A DNA stretch of 64,000 bases from Candidatus Thiodiazotropha sp. (GTDB taxonomy: Bacteria > Pseudomonadota > Gammaproteobacteria > Chromatiales > Chromatiaceae). Location: the NCBI GenBank assembly GCA_040506195.1, contig JBEVXH010000010.1, forward strand, positions 16,993 to 80,992, given 5' to 3'. Position numbers and translations under genes: made by a program. This document shows, piece after piece, positions 1 to 10,101 of the stretch. Positions within the stretch are counted from its first letter, which is position 1. Each line of letters opens with the position of its first letter. The notes beneath the pieces were generated by a model, which ran no database searches, had not been told where the DNA came from, and saw only the letters and a list, made by a program, of their open reading frames with translations.

Positions 1-1380
1 ATCCAGCTTGGGTGAGGTAAACGGATGGTGCAAGGGTGTCCAGCGGTCGTGCTGTTCGTCCCATTCAAACATCGGGAAATCGACCACCCAGAGTGGCTGC
101 CACTCGCCCTGTAACAGTTCCAGGTCATGCCCCAACTTGACCCGCAGGGCTCCCAAGGATTCGTTCACCACATAACGCTTGTCGGCACCAAAGAAGATCA
201 GGTCACCGTCTTCGGCAGCGGTACGTTGCAGTATCGCTTGGGCGACCTCATGCGGGAGGAACTTGAGGATTGGCGACTGCAAACCCTCGACACCCTTGGC
301 GATCTCATTGACCTTGATATAGGCCAGCCCCTTGGCGCCGTAGATCGCCACGAACTTGGTGTATTCATCGATCTGTTTACGGCTGAGGGAACCGCCTCCG
401 GGCACTTTCAAGGCCGCCACGCGGCCCTTGGGATCCTTCGCAGGACCGGAAAAGACCTTGAATTCGACCTCTTTCATCAGATCCCGCAGATCCACCAATT
501 CAAGGGGTACACGAAGGTCGGGACGATCCGATCCATAGCGCTCCATCGACTCGTCATAACTCATGCGCGGAAAGGGATTCGGCAGATCCACATCCAGTAT
601 CTCTTTATAGAGTTGACGAATCATCTCTTCATTGAGCTGGATGATTTCATCCTCGTCAAGAAAAGAGGTCTCTATATCGAGCTGGGTAAACTCCGGCTGC
701 CGGTCGGCACGCAAATCCTCGTCGCGAAAACAGCGCACGATCTGATAGTAGCGATCCATGCCCGACATCATCAGCAGCTGTTTGAAGAGTTGCGGCGACT
801 GCGGCAATGCAAAAAAGGAACCGGGGTGGGTACGACTGGGGACCAGATAATCACGAGCGCCTTCGGGTGTCGCTTTGGTAAGCATCGGTGTTTCGATATC
901 CAGAAATCCGCTATCATCCAGAAAGCGGCGCAATACCTGGGTAACCCGAGCCCGGGTGCGGATCTTCTCCAGCATCTCGGGACGACGCAGGTCGATGTAA
1001 CGGTAGCGCAGACGTATCTCTTCCGAGGCGTTTTCATGTTCATCGAGCTGGAACGGTGGCGTTTCGGCACCATTCAGCACCTCAAGCTCCAACCCCAGGA
1101 TCTCGATCTCGCCGGTGGGCAGATCGGGATTGACCGTACCTTCAGGCCTGGCCCTGACACGTCCTTTGATGCGCAGCACATATTCATTGCGCACATGCTC
1201 GGCCACACTGAAAACATCCGGCAGATCGGGATCGTAGACCACCTGAACGAGACCCTCCCGATCCCGCAGATCGATAAATATGACCCCACCGTGATCCCGT
1301 CTTCGGTGTACCCAACCACAAAGTTCTACTTCCTGGTCGATATGAGAGCTGTTGATCTGTCCACAATAGTGACTGCGCAT
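1..1380 (-). CDS. aspS: Aspartate--tRNA ligase (partial, runs off the left edge)
   Basis: Not in the ORF track. Manual translation from the ATG at 1380 gives [32 protein letters not shown], the typical AspRS N-terminus. Confidence 0.95.
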   Translation of the reverse strand, partial: MRSHYCGQINSSHIDQEVELCGWVHRRRDHGGVIFIDLRDREGLVQVVYDPDLPDVFSVAEHVRNEYVLRIKGRVRARPEGTVNPDLPTGEIEILGLELEVLNGAETPPFQLDEHENASEEIRLRYRYIDLRRPEMLEKIRTRARVTQVLRRFLDDSGFLDIETPMLTKATPEGARDYLVPSRTHPGSFFALPQSPQLFKQLLMMSGMDRYYQIVRCFRDEDLRADRQPEFTQLDIETSFLDEDEIIQLNEEMIRQLYKEILDVDLPNPFPRMSYDESMERYGSDRPDLRVPLELVDLRDLMKEVEFKVFSGPAKDPKGRVAALKVPGGGSLSRKQIDEYTKFVAIYGAKGLAYIKVNEIAKGVEGLQSPILKFLPHEVAQAILQRTAAEDGDLIFFGADKRYVVNESLGALRVKLGHDLELLQGEWQPLWVVDFPMFEWDEQHDRWTPLHHPFTSPKLD

Positions 1381-1439
1381 GGAATATTCCTGTGAAAATC
1401 CGCGATATTAATCCGGCAACCGGCTAAAAGGCGGGAATG

Positions 1440-2066
1440 TTACGGCTTGCCCTCAGACTCTGCAAGCCCATCGCCCGGATTGACCGCACCCATGGAGAGG
1501 AGCATCTTCAATCCCTCATCGACACTCATATCCAATTCCCGTATATCTTCTTTAGGTACCAGTACAAAATAGCCGCCTGTCGGGTTCGGCGTGGTGGGTA
1601 CATAGACGTTGACCACATCCCGGCCGGTCGCCTGCTGTACTGCCCCACTCTCTTCGCTGGTCAAAAAAGCCAGAGTCCAGAGTCCACGCCGGGGAAACTC
1701 GACCAAAACCACTTTGCGAAACGATTTGCCTTTGTCGGCAAACATGGTCTCGACCATCTGTTTGACAGCGGAATAGACCGACCTGACCAGCGGAATCCGG
1801 GCCAGCAGCCCCTCCCACATGCTTACCACTTTTCGCCCGAATAGATTGGCGGCCACCAATCCGGTAAGGAGCAGAATCAGCAGGGAGAGCAGAACCCCCA
1901 GTCCCGGAATATGGAAACCGAACAGATTATCTGGGCGATAGGCCTCAGGCAGCAGTAATAGACTGGTGTCCATCCAGCTGACCAATAAATTGATGACAAG
2001 AAAAGTGGCCCCAAGGGGCAACCACACCAACAGACCGGCCACCAGATAGCGGCGAAGGAAGCTCAT
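1440..2066 (-). CDS. DUF502 family membrane protein
   Basis: N-terminal TM segments, RIPLVRSVYSAVKQ and YVPTTPNPTGG motifs; usual neighbour of aspS. Confidence 0.85.
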   Translation of the reverse strand: MSFLRRYLVAGLLVWLPLGATFLVINLLVSWMDTSLLLLPEAYRPDNLFGFHIPGLGVLLSLLILLLTGLVAANLFGRKVVSMWEGLLARIPLVRSVYSAVKQMVETMFADKGKSFRKVVLVEFPRRGLWTLAFLTSEESGAVQQATGRDVVNVYVPTTPNPTGGYFVLVPKEDIRELDMSVDEGLKMLLSMGAVNPGDGLAESEGKP

Positions 2067-2085
2067 TTAACTATCCACCGGGTGC

Positions 2086-2370
2086 TTAATGGCACCCGCA
2101 GGAACCGCCACTGCAACTGGCCGGTTTGGTTTCACTCTTGGCAGCTTTCTTCTCACTGCCTCCGCCATCATGGTCGTTTTTCTTACTCCCGTTCTTGAAA
2201 TCGGTTTCATACCAACCGCTTCCCTTGAGATGGAAAGCGGCTGCCGAGATAACCTTCTTGAGGCTATCACACTTACATTCCGGACATTCTGAAAGTGCTT
2301 GGTCACTCATTTTCTGGATGACTTCCAGCTGATGATCACAAGCCTCACAACGATATTCATAGATGGGCAT
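2086..2370 (-). CDS. FmdB-family zinc-ribbon protein
   Basis: MPIYEYRCEAC...CPEC...FHLKGSGWYETDF. Confidence 0.9.
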   Translation of the reverse strand: MPIYEYRCEACDHQLEVIQKMSDQALSECPECKCDSLKKVISAAAFHLKGSGWYETDFKNGSKKNDHDGGGSEKKAAKSETKPASCSGGSCGCH

Positions 2371-2618
2371 CACAGGTTCCTCAATCGCTCGGTTGCGGCG
2401 GCATCGATGGTATCAGCGCCGCTGAATCGGGGAATCCTACCATATTGGGGGTGATAAACGACATTTCAAGACCGAATTCCACCTGGCAATACCGTCGGAC
2501 CGGTCTCTGTTCGAGCTCACACGCGAGTAATCGCTTTGCGGTTATTACGCCGGAGTGTGGATACGGGCGGCAGAAAAGCGCCCAGAGTCATGCTCAATAC
2601 GCAGCCAGCCACGGTGAA

Positions 2619-3236
2619 TCAGTCGTTCTGCTGATCCAACTGCTCTCTACGTTGACGCAGCATCTCACCCTGGCGCCTTGTGATGTGGCGGATCAAGGCA
2701 TCCTGATCACTATTGCGGATGAGCGTGAAATTTATCCTGGTATGGAAGGGATAGGCCGCATCTCCACCGATTGCCTCTTCGATGCCAACCACCTCGCCGT
2801 AGGCCACCACACCGGTAAATGAGGGCAACAGCAGCAGTTTTATCTCAATCAGGTCACCGACTTCCAGCTTCTCGGTGATATCCATGGCGATGCCGCCGGC
2901 ACTCAGGTTAACCGAATGTGAGGGTCGATTCAGCAACTCATTTTCCTGTGCGAGGAAACTTTGTCCCAGTAAATTGATCTTGTCATCCAACGCCTTGAGA
3001 TAGTCGGCAATATCAGGATCTCGCTGCTCGATACGGTGCAGGGGTGCGGACAGGTGCTGGCTGATGGTCTGTAGCCGGGTCATTACCGTGAATCTGTCAG
3101 TCCCCTGCAACTTGTCATCGATGCTTTCAGGTAGCTCATTCAGGGTGATCACACGATAGCTGACCTGTATCGAATCATCGATGCGAAAAAACTCTCTGCG
3201 TTCATCCTGTGTTATTGCCTTTTCATTCTTCGTCAT
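2619..3236 (-). CDS. PilZ-domain protein, probable c-di-GMP receptor
   Basis: RREFFR (RxxxR) and NLSAGG (D/NxSxxG) motifs. Confidence 0.8.
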   Translation of the reverse strand: MTKNEKAITQDERREFFRIDDSIQVSYRVITLNELPESIDDKLQGTDRFTVMTRLQTISQHLSAPLHRIEQRDPDIADYLKALDDKINLLGQSFLAQENELLNRPSHSVNLSAGGIAMDITEKLEVGDLIEIKLLLLPSFTGVVAYGEVVGIEEAIGGDAAYPFHTRINFTLIRNSDQDALIRHITRRQGEMLRQRREQLDQQND

Positions 3237-3262
3237 CTATCAGCACTCCTCTCCAGCTTACA

Positions 3263-4147
3263 CTATTGTTCACTGGCCTTGATCACCTCACCGCTATCCT
3301 CATCCTCACCACGCTGAAGCACAAGCTCGACACGTCTGTTTTGCGCCCTGTTTTCACTCGTATCATTGACTACCAGGGGTTGTGAATCGGCATACCCCTG
3401 GATCAGAAAGCGACCTTCATCAATGGCCGCATTACTCAGCATGGCGTGCACCACAGTCACCGCCCTGGCAGACGAGAGTTCCCAATTCGAGCGAAAGCGC
3501 CGGGTGGAAATCGGGATGTTGTCAGTATGACCGGCGACAACGATCTTACCAGGCGTGTTGGCTATAACATCGGTTATCTTTGAGATCACTTCGAAGAAAT
3601 CGGGGTTGAGAGTCGCCCGACCCGATGGAAATGAACCCTTTTCCTGGATGCGAATGATAATTTTTGTATCCTCCGTCTCCACATCCAGCAATCCTTCCGT
3701 AATTTCGCTGTCCAGCATCTCCTGCAGCTCTTCTGCCTGCTCCTTGACCTCTTCCTCAATCTGAGCCTGCATCGCGGCCTTTGCCGCGTCGATATCGAGA
3801 TCCTGCTGCTCTTCGGCCTCGCTACGCTGATCCTCACTCTGCAGAAAATCCTTTTCCACATCCGTAGTCTGCTGGCGGAGCTCTTCTATCGGCGTCGGTT
3901 CCGGCTTTCCCGGGCTGAATTCCTGCATGACCACACTGGTACCCTTGACGACGTCCATTACCGGGATTTCACGCTGGACACCGAAGGCATCCTTCATCGA
4001 TTCGGCCATTTTCTTGAAACGTGCGGCATCGATCTCCGCGAAGGAGAGCAGCAGAACGAAGAAACACATCAGCAATGACATCAGATCGGCAAAGGTCGCC
4101 AACCACGGAGGAAGTCCGTCTGGGCATTTCGGGCATTCGTCCGCCAT
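3263..4147 (-). CDS. pomB: Flagellar stator B subunit (PomB/MotB)
   Basis: TM WLATFADLMSLLMCFFVLLLSF with conserved Asp; OmpA-like C-domain (GHTDN, NWELSSARA, NRRVE). Confidence 0.85.
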   Translation of the reverse strand: MADECPKCPDGLPPWLATFADLMSLLMCFFVLLLSFAEIDAARFKKMAESMKDAFGVQREIPVMDVVKGTSVVMQEFSPGKPEPTPIEELRQQTTDVEKDFLQSEDQRSEAEEQQDLDIDAAKAAMQAQIEEEVKEQAEELQEMLDSEITEGLLDVETEDTKIIIRIQEKGSFPSGRATLNPDFFEVISKITDVIANTPGKIVVAGHTDNIPISTRRFRSNWELSSARAVTVVHAMLSNAAIDEGRFLIQGYADSQPLVVNDTSENRAQNRRVELVLQRGEDEDSGEVIKASEQ

Positions 4148-4151
4148 TTGG

Positions 4152-4910
4152 TCAGGTTTCCTGAACCGGACGCTTACCGGTTGGGAGATAGGTGCTCAAA
4201 AGCTGTTCCAGCACCCGTGGATTCATACCTTCCTGGATGCCAGAGATTGTTTCCATGATCAGTGACTTGTTGGTCTTCTCCATCGCACTGGCCCGGGCAA
4301 GTTTGTCAGAGATGGGCTGAGCGAAGGCATTCGCGATAACGGCACCATAGAGTGTAGTCAGCAAGGCGACTGCCATGGCGGGCCCGATACTGGCCGGATC
4401 CGACATGTTCGCCAGCATCTGCACCAAACCGACCAGGGTACCGATCATTCCCATGGCCGGCGCCATGGTTGCCATATTCTTGAACATAGTCTGGCCGACC
4501 TCGTGGCGTTGAATCGTCAGATCGATATCCTTGGTCAACAACTTATTGACCAAAGCCGGATCGTGTCCATCCACACACAGACCGATACCTTGCTGGAGGA
4601 AAGGATTGCCGATCTCCTGCCCCTCCAAGGCCAGTAATCCGTTTTTCCGTGCAATGTCAGCCAGCTCAACCGCCTCTTCGATGAGTTTCTTAGGGTCGTC
4701 GGTCTTGTAGAAAAATGCCTTCATACCGATACTGAAGGAGCCGAGAAAGTCACCCAGGGAGACCTGCATCAATGTCACCATGAATGTTCCCCCTCCAACA
4801 ATCAATAGTGAGGGAATATTCACAAACAGCATCACATCGCCACCTGAAGCAATAGCCCCGATAATGATGCCGAAACCACCCAATAGGCCGACCAGAGTAG
4901 CAATATCCAC
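4152..4910 (-). CDS. pomA: Flagellar stator A subunit (PomA/MotA)
   Basis: MDIATLVG start, PAMGMIGTLVGLVQML and AVALLTTLYG motifs. Confidence 0.85.
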   Translation of the reverse strand: MDIATLVGLLGGFGIIIGAIASGGDVMLFVNIPSLLIVGGGTFMVTLMQVSLGDFLGSFSIGMKAFFYKTDDPKKLIEEAVELADIARKNGLLALEGQEIGNPFLQQGIGLCVDGHDPALVNKLLTKDIDLTIQRHEVGQTMFKNMATMAPAMGMIGTLVGLVQMLANMSDPASIGPAMAVALLTTLYGAVIANAFAQPISDKLARASAMEKTNKSLIMETISGIQEGMNPRVLEQLLSTYLPTGKRPVQET

Positions 4911-5166
4911 TTATTAGTTCTCCGAATCCCCGTTACTTACTTTATGCATCTTTGAGAAGCTGGCTGAGAGCAACCCGTCCCGGGTCGATCACAGGCGTTA
5001 CGCTAAGATTCCAATCTGTTTGTTTTAGCGGTAGGAAATGGGCAAACTTTAATTCCTCAAGGACCTTAGGCGCTCACTCCGTAAGTCGTTTGAATCAGCA
5101 TTAGATTGCTGCAAACCACGCTATCATGAGCAGAATTGTTACAAAAAATTTTACATTACCGCCCAT

Positions 5167-6015
5167 ATGTCAAATGAAAAAAGTGTACTCATAACCGGCT
5201 GTTCCAGTGGTATCGGTCATTGCGTCGCAACTGGACTGAAAAACCGGGGTTATCGTGTCTTTGCCAGTGCCCGCAAAGAGCAGGATGTGGCCGATTTGCA
5301 GCGACAGGGATTCGAATCACTCCAGCTCGATCTCGATGACAGCAGTTCCATCGATCAGGCCGTGGATCAGGTGTTAAAAAGAACCGACGGACGCCTCTAT
5401 GGCCTCTTCAACAATGGCGCATACGGTCAGCCCGGAGCGGTTGAGGATCTGAGCCGCGAAGCGTTGCGGCGACAATTTGAAACCAATCTGTTCGGCTGGC
5501 ATGAGCTGACCTGCCGGATCATACCCACTATGCGCAAGCAGGGAGAGGGGCGAATCATTCAGAACAGTTCCATTCTGGGTTTTATCACTCTGCCCTATCG
5601 TGGGGCCTACGTGGCCAGTAAATATGCCCTGGAGGGATTGAGCGACACGCTGCGCTTGGAGCTTGTGGGAAGCGGTATTCACGTCTCACTGATCGAACCG
5701 GGACCGATCGAAAGCAAATTTCGGGAAAATGCCCATAGGATGTTTCAAAAACATATCGACAGCCCTCATTCAGTCCATCGGCAGTACTACCAGTCTTTGA
5801 TAAATCGTCTCGAAAAACAAGGACCTGCCGCTCCCTTTACCCTACCGGCGGAAGCGGTTTTGGAAAAGGTCATCCATGCCCTGCAAAGCAGCAGGCCCAA
5901 ACCGCGCTATCACGTCACCTTTCCTACCCACCTGTTTGCACTACTACGGCGACTGCTCAGCAGTCGCGCCATGGATCGCACCCTTCTCAGGGTCGGGGGG
6001 AGTGGCAGACGCTGA
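5167..6015 (+). CDS. Short-chain dehydrogenase/reductase (YbbO-like)
   Basis: ITGCSSGIG, NNGAYG and YVASK (YxxxK) motifs. Confidence 0.9.
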   Translation: MSNEKSVLITGCSSGIGHCVATGLKNRGYRVFASARKEQDVADLQRQGFESLQLDLDDSSSIDQAVDQVLKRTDGRLYGLFNNGAYGQPGAVEDLSREALRRQFETNLFGWHELTCRIIPTMRKQGEGRIIQNSSILGFITLPYRGAYVASKYALEGLSDTLRLELVGSGIHVSLIEPGPIESKFRENAHRMFQKHIDSPHSVHRQYYQSLINRLEKQGPAAPFTLPAEAVLEKVIHALQSSRPKPRYHVTFPTHLFALLRRLLSSRAMDRTLLRVGGSGRR

Positions 6016-6105
6016 TAAGGCCATCAAAGATTCCAGGTTGAAGCGGGAAGCCTTTGTGTGACATCATCCTTGCCCCTTATCTAACCTTGTTGGCCTGCAT
6101 GAATT

Positions 6106-6744
6106 ATGTCGAGTGAGAGCCCAACCCCCATAGAGATCAATTTACACCAAAAATCCCGCCTCCTGGTCCTGCGCTTTTCCGATGGAATGAATTTTGAGTT
6201 CCCCTGCGAGTATCTGCGTGTCTTCTCCACAGCGGCGGAGGTCAAAGCAAGTGATGCACCCGTCATAGGAAAGGAGTCGGTCAACATTACAAAAATCGAG
6301 CCTCAGGGCCAGTATGCGATTCGCCTTATCTTCGATGACGGACACGATACCGGGATCTACTCTTGGGAAACGCTCTATCAGTTGGGTGTCGAGCAAGAGA
6401 AAAACTGGAACAGCTATCTCAAAACGTTAGAAACCATAGGCTATACACGCCAGGAAAACGGTCAGGGAGAACGCAAGATCAAGCTCTACTATTTCTCCTG
6501 GTTGGCTAATAAAACGGGTAGAGAGAGTGAAGAACTGGTATTGCCACCTTCAGTGACAACCATTTCTGAGCTACTGAAGTTACTCAGAAACCGTCGGCAT
6601 CAGGTCGCTCAAGTCTTCGATGAATCGCTTTTAAGACCTACGATCAACAAGCAGTTTGCCGAGTTTTTCAGCCGCCTTGAAGATGGCGACGAGGTTGCAT
6701 TGATACCCAATCGTCCGACACCACCCGCAACACCCGGTCTGTAG
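6106..6744 (+). CDS. DUF971 (GBBH-like N-terminal) domain fused to a MoaD/ThiS-like domain
   Basis: CEYLRV...FDDGHDTGIYSW (DUF971), then IKLYYFSWL...TINKQF...LEDGDEVALIP (MoaD-like). No C-terminal GG. Confidence 0.75.
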   Translation: MSSESPTPIEINLHQKSRLLVLRFSDGMNFEFPCEYLRVFSTAAEVKASDAPVIGKESVNITKIEPQGQYAIRLIFDDGHDTGIYSWETLYQLGVEQEKNWNSYLKTLETIGYTRQENGQGERKIKLYYFSWLANKTGRESEELVLPPSVTTISELLKLLRNRRHQVAQVFDESLLRPTINKQFAEFFSRLEDGDEVALIPNRPTPPATPGL

Positions 6745-7000
6745 GGCCTGTCAACACCTAACCGATCGGTACTTTGTTAACTGAACAAACGCCGATCAAG
6801 CTGCGAGAAGCGAGGTTTGGTGACTTAAAATGAACAATGAGCAACACCGAGTGGCGCTTTTCAGGCGATCCCAAGGGCACTTCCTTCGGGGCGTACCCCA
6901 AGGGCACTTCCTTCGGGGCGTACCCCAAGGGCACTTCCTTCGGGGCGTATTTCGTGGGGCTGGGGCTAGTGAAGTATTGGATTCCTGGCGGAATCCAGCT
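6742..7000 (+). mobile_element. MITE-like intergenic element, one end recognisable
   Basis: Starts TAGGGCCTGTCAACAC, the same motif as at 13708-13725, 14828-14845 and 26428-26447. Contains hairpins and a 27-bp triplication. Right end not identified. Confidence 0.5.
6870..6949. repeat. 27-bp tandem repeat, 3 copies
   Basis: CCCAAGGGCACTTCCTTCGGGGCGTAC at 6870, 6897 and 6924 (third copy 26/27), with no spacers. Confidence 0.95.
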
Positions 7001-7025
7001 TGTGAAATACAGCTTTACAATGGAT

Positions 7026-7979
7026 TCAGTTTAGATCGAAATTGAGTGTTTGCGGCTTTCCGTTGCGCACGATTTCCACCTGAATGTTCTTCACACCCTT
7101 CAGTTTTTCAATCAGTTTCATCGCCTCCTTGTCATTGGACAAGGTAATACCGTTCACCGAGGTCACCAGGTCCGAGGGCCGCACTCCCAGCTGGTTATAG
7201 AGTTCACGATTCTTTTGCGGCAAAATTCTATACCCCTTCATGCCTTCCCTGGATTTCACAGGCACGAAACGAACAAATTCAAAAATCTTCAACGGCTCAT
7301 TGCGCAATAGGTCACTATACTTCTTCAGATTTTTGCTTGTGCCGTTGGTTGCCACTCCAGGCCCGAATCCCGTTTGCGATGAGCGGCTTTTGGCACTAGT
7401 GCTACTCCGGGTATTTGTTGTGGCTCTTGGCTTCGATACCTTGGGAAATCGTAACACTTCCGACTGCCCATTCCTCAATAACACCACCCGATCCTCGAAG
7501 ACTGCCTGTAAGGTAACTCCCGACATGACTGCATTGCCGACTTTATAGTATTTTTGCACGTTACCCGATGTTCCGATGATGGCCTCTCCCTTTTCAGCTT
7601 CATCAGCCACAAATACCCCATGCAGTGTCAAATTGAGTCGGGTTTCCGGTGCCTTGGTATCGATTTTCTTTACTGTTTTGGCAGCTCCTGCAACACCAAA
7701 CAGATGCAGTTTAGCCACACTGTCGAGCTGATTGGAGGTCGTCTTCCGCTGGGTGTTCGGTGTGGATTTAACGCTTTGTGGCTGCATCTTCTGCTGAATC
7801 TCGGGTGCAGGTATCAGGCTCCATGTTAGATCAGCGGCTCGCCAACTGATCAGTAACACCAGTATCAACGCCACAGCCACCGGCAGTTGCTTGGTTAGCA
7901 GCTTCTCCAGCCATTTGGGGGCTGTCTTTTCCGACATCCAGTCGTTGAAATAGCTTTGAGCCTGTGTTGCGATGTTCAT
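7026..7979 (-). CDS. gspC: Type II secretion system protein C
   Basis: N-terminal TM, LHLFG...ETRLNLTLHGV HR domain, C-terminal PDZ-like domain (LGVRPSDLVTSVNG). Confidence 0.85.
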   Translation of the reverse strand: MNIATQAQSYFNDWMSEKTAPKWLEKLLTKQLPVAVALILVLLISWRAADLTWSLIPAPEIQQKMQPQSVKSTPNTQRKTTSNQLDSVAKLHLFGVAGAAKTVKKIDTKAPETRLNLTLHGVFVADEAEKGEAIIGTSGNVQKYYKVGNAVMSGVTLQAVFEDRVVLLRNGQSEVLRFPKVSKPRATTNTRSSTSAKSRSSQTGFGPGVATNGTSKNLKKYSDLLRNEPLKIFEFVRFVPVKSREGMKGYRILPQKNRELYNQLGVRPSDLVTSVNGITLSNDKEAMKLIEKLKGVKNIQVEIVRNGKPQTLNFDLN

Positions 7980-7999
7980 CGATCTCCCCGTATACCCGT

Positions 8000-8584
8000 T
8001 TATTCCTTACTTTCCGGATATCGCATCAGCTTTGGGTTAAGTTTGAATGCTGTTTTTATCTTAGCAAGCATTTTTTCAGCCAGTCTGTGATCCACCTCCG
8101 GCCCAACGCGAATACGGTAGTGGAGCTTACCGTTCAACCTGACCTTTTCCATCTGCGCCGGCAGATCTGCCTTACGCAGGCGTTTGACCAGGTTTTCAGC
8201 ATTTTTCTCATTCGTAAGACTGGCAACCTGGATCATCCATGCGGTTGGTGATGGTCTGTTTGATGCATCCCCGGTTGCTTTGACCGGCTTCGATACAGGC
8301 TGCTTAGCTTCCTTGGTGACAGTCGGCCCCGGTTTGGAAATCTTCTGTGGTTCGGGCTTCGTTACTGCCGGCACCGGCTGTGGTTCAGCCGCCCTTGGCT
8401 GCTGAATCCTCTTTTCCGGTACGGATTTATTGAGCGTCGGTTTGACTGGAATGGTGTAATCTGAGTCGGTACGCCTTTCAACAGGCTCTTCAATAAGCAT
8501 AGGCACGAATATCACGACCAATGCAACTAGCACCGCACCTCCCAGTAATCGCTGTTTGAGTCTCTCCTCCAATCCCATATTCAC
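8000..8584 (-). CDS. dedD: SPOR-domain cell division protein DedD
   Basis: LKQRLLGGAVLVAL...P TM, Pro-rich linker, WMIQVASL...RIRVGP SPOR domain; follows folC. Confidence 0.85.
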   Translation of the reverse strand: MNMGLEERLKQRLLGGAVLVALVVIFVPMLIEEPVERRTDSDYTIPVKPTLNKSVPEKRIQQPRAAEPQPVPAVTKPEPQKISKPGPTVTKEAKQPVSKPVKATGDASNRPSPTAWMIQVASLTNEKNAENLVKRLRKADLPAQMEKVRLNGKLHYRIRVGPEVDHRLAEKMLAKIKTAFKLNPKLMRYPESKE

Positions 8585-8680
8585 TATTCCGGCTTACGAT
8601 TCAGTTACAAGTCGAGCATGCTCCAATAATTCAGTCCTTGCCTGTTCAGGCTAGTATATCAGCTCAACTCCGGATAACCC

Positions 8681-9949
8681 TCATGACAAATTCAAATTGT
8701 GCATAGCCTCTCCCACAATCAGGAAAGACCCGAAGATCAGAATCAAATCCTGCGGTTCCGCCCGTTTTCCACAGGCCTGGTAAGCCTCGGAAAAGGTGTG
8801 ATGACAGTTGATCGATTGTTTCACCCCCTCCTGCCTCAGGTTGTCGGCAAGCTGTTCTGCCGTGCGACCGCGCCAGCCATTCAAGTCAAGCAGGTGCCAA
8901 CTCGCCAGATGCGGCCCTATCAATTGGACTGCATCGGCCACATTCTTGTCCTGCAACATCCCGAACAACGCATGGATACGCCCCTGCCAATTCAACTGAT
9001 TCAAGGCATCACGCAAGGCTTCCAACGATTGCCTGTTATGGGCGACATCCAATAGTAATGCAGGTGTTGCCGGTACGAAATGCAATCGCCCCGCCAGCCT
9101 GACATCACGCAATCCCTCGGCTATGAAATTCCCATGCAGAGGAAAACGGTCTTGCAGCAGATGACACACCATCACAACCGCACTGGCATTCAGAAGCTGC
9201 CTGCTACCTGTCAAACCCGGTTCCGGGAGTTCCAACTCCACACCATTCGGACCCGACCAACGCCACCCGATATCGCATGTCTGATGCTTGAAATCCTTAC
9301 CAAACTGGTAGATATCCGCTTCTAATTGATCTGCGTGATCGAGTACCGACCTCGGCATGGCCGGATCTGCCAAAACCACGGGCTTATGACCGCGTATTAT
9401 ACCCGCCTTCTCCCTGCCGATTGATTCAACATCATTACCGAGCCAATCGGTATGGTCCAGATCGATGGTAGTGATCAGGGCAACATCGGCGTCGATGATA
9501 TTCACCGCATCGAGGCGACCGCCAAGCCCAACCTCCAGGATCACCAGATCCGGCTTCTCCGAAGCGAAACAGATCAGTGCCGCCAATGTAGCGAATTCGA
9601 AATAACTCAGACTTATCTGCTCCCTTGCCTGATCAATCATCTCGAAGGCGCGGCATAGCTGCTGATCGGAAATAGGATTACCATTCAGGCGAATGCGTTC
9701 GTTGTAGCGGATTAGATGCGGCGAAGTGAAGCTGCCGATATGGATACCTGCCCGGAGGTAAATCGATTCAAGCATGGCTACACAAGAGCCTTTGCCATTG
9801 GTGCCGGCTACTGTTACCACCTGGGCCTGGAATGCAGCCGGTTGCAGTCGCCGCCAAACGGTCTTAACCCGCTGCAAACCCAGGTCGATCTCTCTTGGAT
9901 GCAGCTTCGCCTGCCAGTCGAGCCATTGATCCAAGGTTTCAAAACGCAC
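8681..9949 (-). CDS. folC: Bifunctional folylpolyglutamate synthase/dihydrofolate synthase
   Basis: VAGTNGKGS, SPHLIRYNERI, LEVGLGGRLDAVN, DVAHN. Confidence 0.95.
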   Translation of the reverse strand: MRFETLDQWLDWQAKLHPREIDLGLQRVKTVWRRLQPAAFQAQVVTVAGTNGKGSCVAMLESIYLRAGIHIGSFTSPHLIRYNERIRLNGNPISDQQLCRAFEMIDQAREQISLSYFEFATLAALICFASEKPDLVILEVGLGGRLDAVNIIDADVALITTIDLDHTDWLGNDVESIGREKAGIIRGHKPVVLADPAMPRSVLDHADQLEADIYQFGKDFKHQTCDIGWRWSGPNGVELELPEPGLTGSRQLLNASAVVMVCHLLQDRFPLHGNFIAEGLRDVRLAGRLHFVPATPALLLDVAHNRQSLEALRDALNQLNWQGRIHALFGMLQDKNVADAVQLIGPHLASWHLLDLNGWRGRTAEQLADNLRQEGVKQSINCHHTFSEAYQACGKRAEPQDLILIFGSFLIVGEAMHNLNLS

Positions 9950-10101
9950 CGTCTAGACTCCAACGACCCATATCGCAAACCTTCGACGAGGCTACAATAA
10001 ATCTATTTTTATGACTTACAATCAATAACTTAATTCAGAAAAATCATAATTTGGGGAAAACCCGTGACGGTCTGTTGCAATCACCCTCAGGCCAACAACC
10101 A

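Noticed and set aside
127-1395. 422-aa plus-strand ORF
   Set aside because: Antisense shadow of aspS, which the track missed because it runs off the window edge.
6830-7045. Short ORFs with repeated peptides, and the 27-bp repeat as a CRISPR array
   Set aside because: The peptides are just translations of the tandem repeat. The units are contiguous with no spacers, and no cas genes are present.
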